64,000 bases of DNA from an uncultured Acidobacteriota bacterium (lineage in GTDB: Bacteria > Acidobacteriota > Vicinamibacteria > Vicinamibacterales > UBA8438). The notes below the pieces were generated by a model. It ran no database searches. It had not been told where the DNA came from and saw only the letters and a list, made by a program, of their open reading frames with translations. This document shows positions 59,141 to 64,000 of this stretch, one piece after another. How positions within the stretch are numbered: position 1 is the stretch's first letter; each line of letters opens with the position of its first letter. The DNA lies in the NCBI GenBank assembly GCA_913043225.1, contig CAJWLU010000007.1:81193-145192 (forward strand), in the 5' to 3' direction. The translations under genes were made by a program, and so were the position numbers.

Positions 59141-59710
59141 TCACAGACTACCCTTGAGGCCCAGCGCCTCCGCCGCGGGCCGCATGAACCGGATTACGTT
59201 GGTGATGTGCTCGTCGAGCGACAACCCGATCTCCTCGGCGCCCTGCTTGAGGTCCTCGCGCGGTACAGCGCGGGCAAAGGCCTTGTCCTTCATCCTCCTG
59301 CGCACCGACTTGGCCTCGAGGTCGCACACGCTCCGCGAAGGACGCACTAGCGCAGCCGCGGTCACGAAGCCGGCCATCTCGTCGCAGGCGAACAACGTAT
59401 GCTCGAGCCGCGACTCGCGGGCCACGCCTGTGTACTCTGCGTGGGAGAGAATGGCGCGCATCATGTAGTCGGGATAGCCAAGTTCCTTCAGGATCTCGCA
59501 GCCACGGTACGGATGGTCCTCGGCGCTGGGCCACTGTTCGTAGTCGAAGTCATGGAGCAGGGCGACGATCCCCCATGCCTCCTCGTCTTCGCCGAATTCG
59601 CGTGCATACCCTCGGACGGCCGCCTCGACCGCGAGTCCATGCTTCAGCAACCGATCGTTGGTCGTGTACTCGGTGAGCAGGCGCCAAGCGGCATCGCGGG
59701 TCGGCGTCAT
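59141..59710 (-). CDS. HD/HDIG domain hydrolase
   Basis: KH.LAVEA, LLHDFDYE, H, SH and CDE motifs. Confidence 0.88.
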   Translation of the reverse strand: MTPTRDAAWRLLTEYTTNDRLLKHGLAVEAAVRGYAREFGEDEEAWGIVALLHDFDYEQWPSAEDHPYRGCEILKELGYPDYMMRAILSHAEYTGVARESRLEHTLFACDEMAGFVTAAALVRPSRSVCDLEAKSVRRRMKDKAFARAVPREDLKQGAEEIGLSLDEHITNVIRFMRPAAEALGLKGSL

Positions 59711-59713
59711 GAA

Positions 59714-61015
59714 TCAGCCCTCGTGGACGGCGGCGCCTCCCACTGGCGTCAGCTGCCCCTCACTAGCTGCCACGATGGCCGACACCGTGACATCGCCGGT
59801 CACATTCGCCGCCGTGCGGGCCATGTCGAGGATCCGGTCTACGCCGAGGATCAGCGCGATGCCGGCGGCCGGTACCCCAACGGTCTCCAGAATGACGACC
59901 AGCATCACCACCCCGGCACTGGGCACCGCCGCGGTGCCGATCGAAGCAAGCAACGCAAGGAAGACGATGGTGAGTTGAGCCGACAGATCCAGCGAAATGC
60001 CCAGGGTCTGGGCGATGAATACCGCCGCCACCGCCTGATAGAGCCCGGTGCCATCCATATTGATGGTGGCCCCGAGCGGCAAGACGAACGACGCCACTTC
60101 CTCCGATACCCCAAGGTTCCGCTGCGCGGTCTTCATCGTGACCGGCAGCGTGGCCGCGCTCGATGAGGTGGAGAACGCCACCAACTGCGCCTGGACCACC
60201 CCGGGCATGAACTGGCTGACGCGTAGCGGCGTGAAGATCCGTAGTAACACCGGGTAGGTGACCAGCACCTGAATCGCCAGCCCTATCAGTACTGCCAGGC
60301 AGTAATAGCCCAACGCACCGAGCAACTGCGGCACGTCGGCTGGGCTGTCGCCGGCCACCCTGGTTACAGTGTCGGCAATCAAACCAAAGACGCCGATCGG
60401 CGCCACCAGGATGACGATCTCGACGATCTTGATGACGACCGCATTGAGACTCTCGAAGAGCGCAAGCAGGGGTGCCGCCTGCTCCTTTGGGATCAGCATC
60501 AGGGCGACGCCAAAAAGCATCGCGATGAACACAACGTTCAACATCCGCCGGTTGTCGGACGCGGCGAAGATGATGTTGTCGGGCACCATGTCGACCAACG
60601 GCTGCAGCGGCCCGCGGGACGACGCGTCCGCGGCAGCCACCTCGCGGTCTTCGACGTCGCCTTGGTAGGTCTCCTGCAAGCTCAGCCGGACACCCTCGGG
60701 GACGAACTCCCCGGGATTCAGGACGTTAACCAGCGCCAGACCGATGATCAGCGCGATGACCGTGGTGCCCAGATAGATGGCGATGGTCTTCCCGCCGATC
60801 CGAGACAGCTTGTTGAGATCGGACAACGACGCAATGCCGGTGATGAGCGACGCCAGCACAAGCGGCACCGCAACGAACAGCAGTAGTCGAAAGAAGATGG
60901 TGCCGAAGGGCACGATCCAATCGGCGGTAAACTCGCCCCACCCGGCGTAGGCGGCCACCACGCCGTAGACGAGACCGAGCGCTAGGGCCAGGAGGATCCG
61001 CCAGTGACTCGCCAT
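59714..61015 (-). CDS. Dicarboxylate/amino acid:cation symporter (DAACS, GltP-like)
   Basis: FSTSSSAATLP, PLGATINMDGT and DRILDMART..NV.GD motifs. Confidence 0.95.
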   Translation of the reverse strand: MASHWRILLALALGLVYGVVAAYAGWGEFTADWIVPFGTIFFRLLLFVAVPLVLASLITGIASLSDLNKLSRIGGKTIAIYLGTTVIALIIGLALVNVLNPGEFVPEGVRLSLQETYQGDVEDREVAAADASSRGPLQPLVDMVPDNIIFAASDNRRMLNVVFIAMLFGVALMLIPKEQAAPLLALFESLNAVVIKIVEIVILVAPIGVFGLIADTVTRVAGDSPADVPQLLGALGYYCLAVLIGLAIQVLVTYPVLLRIFTPLRVSQFMPGVVQAQLVAFSTSSSAATLPVTMKTAQRNLGVSEEVASFVLPLGATINMDGTGLYQAVAAVFIAQTLGISLDLSAQLTIVFLALLASIGTAAVPSAGVVMLVVILETVGVPAAGIALILGVDRILDMARTAANVTGDVTVSAIVAASEGQLTPVGGAAVHEG

Positions 61016-61051
61016 ATCGCGTCCGGATATTGCACCGGAGGTGCGACGCTG

Positions 61052-61489
61052 TCAATCAAACTGGCGTGCTAGTTCGACACCCCGGCACACCACTCGGGTC
61101 GCGTCTGGTGTCAGCGAGAAGCGCTCGAGGTCATCCGGATCGGCCAGCGCAAGCTCGAGCGCATCCGAACCCGGGGAAGGAGTGCCACTCACGTGATGAC
61201 ACAGGTAGTCGGCCAGGACGAAGTGATACTGGACCCGCCCATCAGAGTCACGCGTGATCCGGTCGAACAGCTCGAGGAGCGGCCCGACCCGCGTCTCGAG
61301 CCCTGTTTCCTCGCGTAGCTCCCGCTGAAGCGCCGCCTCGAGCGTCTCGCCCACTTCGATGGCGCCGCCGGGCAAACTCCACTGCCCCGCCAGCGGCGCG
61401 AACTTCCGCTTGACGAGGACGACGCGCCCCTCGACGAAGACGACGCCCCCGACGCCGGGCAAGGGCCGTGACGGGTACTCGCGCGGCAT
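61052..61489 (-). CDS. Nudix hydrolase
   Basis: Nudix box GGAIEVGETLEAALQRELREETGL. Confidence 0.92.
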   Translation of the reverse strand: MPREYPSRPLPGVGGVVFVEGRVVLVKRKFAPLAGQWSLPGGAIEVGETLEAALQRELREETGLETRVGPLLELFDRITRDSDGRVQYHFVLADYLCHHVSGTPSPGSDALELALADPDDLERFSLTPDATRVVCRGVELARQFD

Positions 61490-61493
61490 CCTG

Positions 61494-61586
61494 TCAGATC
61501 GAAAGCGAGGCCTTCGCGTTGAGGTCGAGCGGGGCCGTCACCCCAGCGTGGAACCGACGGAGCCCGGCGGCGGCGATCATGGCGGC
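61494..61586 (-). other. tsaD: C-terminal fragment of tsaD (tRNA t6A synthesis), truncated at the chimeric junction
   Basis: AAMIAAAGLRRFHAGVTAPLDLNAKASLSI* matches the TsaD C-terminal pattern (DN)AAMIA.AG...DL.A. Confidence 0.7.
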
Positions 61587-61760
61587 TTTGCTGGCGAAAT
61601 GGTGAAGCGGCGCGCCCCGGGATACGCCTGCCACTTCGATAATGCGGCTGACCGTTGTGCCTGCGTAGCCATCTTTCTCCAGACAGGTGAGTACCGCCTG
61701 GATAATGCGCCCTCGCATGGCGTCGCTACGTTGTTCCTGGGTTCGTCGCTGTGCCTTCAT
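61566..61760 (-). other. N-terminal HTH half of a TetR/AcrR regulator, truncated at the junction
   Basis: RRTQEQRS..MR.RII.A...L...GYAGTT...I...AGVSRGA.LHHF.SK. The ligand-binding domain is absent. Confidence 0.85.
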
Positions 61761-61919
61761 GGATTTCTCTGCCTGTTCTTGGGCGGTTTCTCTAGCGTAG
61801 AGCACTGATTCTAAACGATATATATCTTATGCGCGCGCCCATCAAAAAACAAGTTGAACGTACGTATTGTAAGTTATAGAGTCTTGCCATTGTTCCTGAA
61901 TCAACTTTGGAAGCCTGCA

Positions 61920-63095
61920 ATGAGTGATGTGTATGTACCGGCGGCAGTATCGCCGATGATTCCCCGTACCCTTTTCAACGAAGACCACGAAGCGTTCCGA
62001 GCCACGGCACGGCGTTTTTTCGAAACCGAAATCGCCCCTTACCACGAGAAATGGGAGGAGCAGCAACATATTGATCGTGAACTGTGGAACAAGGCGGGGG
62101 AACTGGGACTACTGTGCGCCACCATGCCCGAGGAATACGGTGGCTGCGGCGTTGACCGTCTTTACTCGATGATTCTTATGGAAGAGCAGGCCCGGGTCGG
62201 GGATTCCGCCAGTGGTTTTGCGCTGCATTCGGACATTGTTGCCAACTACATCAACAACTTTGGCTCCCATGAACAGAAAAGCCAGTGGCTGCCCAAAATG
62301 GCCTCCGGTGAAGCGGTTACTGCCGTGGCCATGACCGAGCCGGGTACCGGTTCCGATCTTCAACGTATCAAGACCACTGCCACCCTGGAGGGCGATCACT
62401 ATGTGGTGAATGGCTCGAAAATCTTTATCACCAACGGTTATCTCTGTGACATGGCGGTGGTGGCGGTGCGTACCGGCCCGGCTGAGCTGGGCGCCCAAAG
62501 TGTGTCCCTGATGATTATTGAGGCGGATCGCGAGGGCTTCTCCAAGGGCAAGCCGCTGAAGAAAGTAGGCATGCGCGGGCAGGACACCTGCGAGTTGTTC
62601 TTCGACAACGTCAAGGTGCCCAGGGAAAACCTGCTGGGCGCCGAGGGCATGGGCTTTATTGCCTTGATGAAGGAGCTGGCCTGGGAACGGATGATGATTG
62701 CCATCATCTGTGCGTCAGCTGCCGAGCATGCGCTGGCAACCACCGTGGAATATGTGAAACAGCGGCAGGCGTTTGGCAAGCCGGTGGCGGCGTTCCAGAA
62801 CACCCGCTTTGAACTGGCCGAGATGCGTTCTGAAATCCAGATTGCGCGGGTCTATGTGGATCGCTGTATGGAGCTGGTGGTGCGCAATGCCCTGTCCCCC
62901 GAGGCAGCCTGTGCGGCCAAGTACTGGGTGTCTGATTTGCTCAGCAAGGTGGTGGACCGCTGTGTGCAGCTACACGGTGGCTACGGCTACATGCTCGAGT
63001 ACCCCATCGCCCGCGCCTATATCGACACCCGTGCCAACCGTATCTACGGCGGCACCAACGAAATCATGAAAGAACTCATTTCCCGTTCTATCTAA
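61920..63095 (+). CDS. Acyl-CoA dehydrogenase (long-chain type)
   Basis: AMTEPGTGSDL, NGSKIFITNG, QLHGGYGYM.EY and IYGGTNEIMK motifs. Confidence 0.95.
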   Translation: MSDVYVPAAVSPMIPRTLFNEDHEAFRATARRFFETEIAPYHEKWEEQQHIDRELWNKAGELGLLCATMPEEYGGCGVDRLYSMILMEEQARVGDSASGFALHSDIVANYINNFGSHEQKSQWLPKMASGEAVTAVAMTEPGTGSDLQRIKTTATLEGDHYVVNGSKIFITNGYLCDMAVVAVRTGPAELGAQSVSLMIIEADREGFSKGKPLKKVGMRGQDTCELFFDNVKVPRENLLGAEGMGFIALMKELAWERMMIAIICASAAEHALATTVEYVKQRQAFGKPVAAFQNTRFELAEMRSEIQIARVYVDRCMELVVRNALSPEAACAAKYWVSDLLSKVVDRCVQLHGGYGYMLEYPIARAYIDTRANRIYGGTNEIMKELISRSI

Positions 63096-63149
63096 AGATT
63101 CCTCCGGGCTCGCGTGCAGTGGGCCCGGGAATAAAAGGAGGAAAGCATC

Positions 63150-64000
63150 ATGGCAGAACGTCGTTTTGATGATCGTGTGGCCATCGTTACCGGTGCCGGG
63201 GGCGGGTTGGGCCGCCAGCATGCACTGACCCTGGCCGAGCGCGGCTGCAAGGTGGTGGTTAACGATCTGGGTGGTAGTGCCCACGGTGACGGCAAGTCAT
63301 CGTCCGCCGCAGACAAGGTGGTGGAAGAGATCCGGGCCATGGGGGGAGAAGCGGTTGCCAACTATGACTCGGTGGAAAACGGCGAGTCGATAGTGCAGAC
63401 CGCGCTGGATCACTTCGGCACCGTGGACATCGTGGTCAACAATGCCGGCATCCTCCGTGATGTGAGCTTCGCCAAGATGTCGAAGCAGGACTGGGACCTG
63501 GTGCTGAAAGTCCACCTGGAAGGCTCCATGAGCGTCACCCATGCGGCCTGGCCGATCATGCGCGAGAAGGGCTATGGCCGCATCATCATGACCACCTCGG
63601 CAGCGGGCCTGTACGGCAACTTCGGTCAGGCCAACTACTGTGCCGCCAAGCTGGGTTTGGCCGGGCTGGCCAACTGTCTGGCCGAGGAAGGGCGCAGCAA
63701 GAACATTCATGTGAATACCATTGCGCCGATCGCCGCTTCACGGCTGACAGAAACCATCATGCCGCCGAACCTGCTGGAAAACCTGAAGCCGGAAGCGGTC
63801 AGTCCGCTGGTGGCCTGGTTGTGCCATGAAAGCTGCGAAGAAACCAAGGGCATCTTCGAAGTGGGTGCTGGCTATATCAGCAAGCTGCGCTGGGAGCGTA
63901 CCCAGGGCAATAACTTCCCGCTGGGCAAGGCCTTCAGCATCGATGACGTGGCCCGTCGCTGGGACAAGATCACCGATTTTACGGATGCGAATCATCCCTC
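63150..64000 (+). CDS. SDR 3-hydroxyacyl-CoA dehydrogenase, multifunctional enzyme type 2-like, partial (runs off the edge)
   Basis: Not in the ORF track because it has no stop in the window. [21 protein letters not shown]...VVNDLGG...NNAGILRD...[21 protein letters not shown]. Confidence 0.9.
   Translation, partial: MAERRFDDRVAIVTGAGGGLGRQHALTLAERGCKVVVNDLGGSAHGDGKSSSAADKVVEEIRAMGGEAVANYDSVENGESIVQTALDHFGTVDIVVNNAGILRDVSFAKMSKQDWDLVLKVHLEGSMSVTHAAWPIMREKGYGRIIMTTSAAGLYGNFGQANYCAAKLGLAGLANCLAEEGRSKNIHVNTIAPIAASRLTETIMPPNLLENLKPEAVSPLVAWLCHESCEETKGIFEVGAGYISKLRWERTQGNNFPLGKAFSIDDVARRWDKITDFTDANHP

Noticed and set aside
61494..61805. A genuine short 103-aa TetR protein
   Set aside because: It lacks the ligand-binding domain, its tail matches the TsaD C-terminus, and it coincides with a compositional break.
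61849..61870. TetR operator palindrome ACAA...TTGT between tetR and the acyl-CoA dehydrogenase
   Set aside because: The position is plausible but the symmetry is weak, so it is not supportable without comparative data.

Overview
Bacterial DNA with two parts of apparently different origin. Positions 1-~61565 are high-GC, gene-dense chromosome. The gene families and organisation suggest Acidobacteriota, probably Vicinamibacteria (inference, not verified by search). This part carries housekeeping genes (dut, nadE, metF, lipA, lpdA, folE, nuoB, nuoI), transporters and many secreted proteins of unknown function. At 61566-61586 the C-terminal tail of a tsaD gene is fused in frame to the N-terminal half of a TetR regulator. 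From there to the end the DNA is visibly less GC-rich and encodes a fatty-acid beta-oxidation locus that looks gammaproteobacterial, so this is most likely a chimeric assembly join. No rRNA, tRNA, CRISPR array, transposase or prophage was seen. Main findings: (1) the tsaD/TetR chimeric junction; (2) an OPT transporter translationally coupled to a stand-alone PqqD/RRE protein with no RiPP genes nearby; (3) a self-contained ferredoxin-nuoB-nuoI operon; (4) two matching ECF-type promoters, (G/T)GAACT-N16-CGTATA; (5) up to six collapsed gene remnants in apparent intergenic DNA; (6) two degenerate copies of a small palindromic repeat; (7) signs of leaderless transcription. All family calls come from motif recognition, not database searches.
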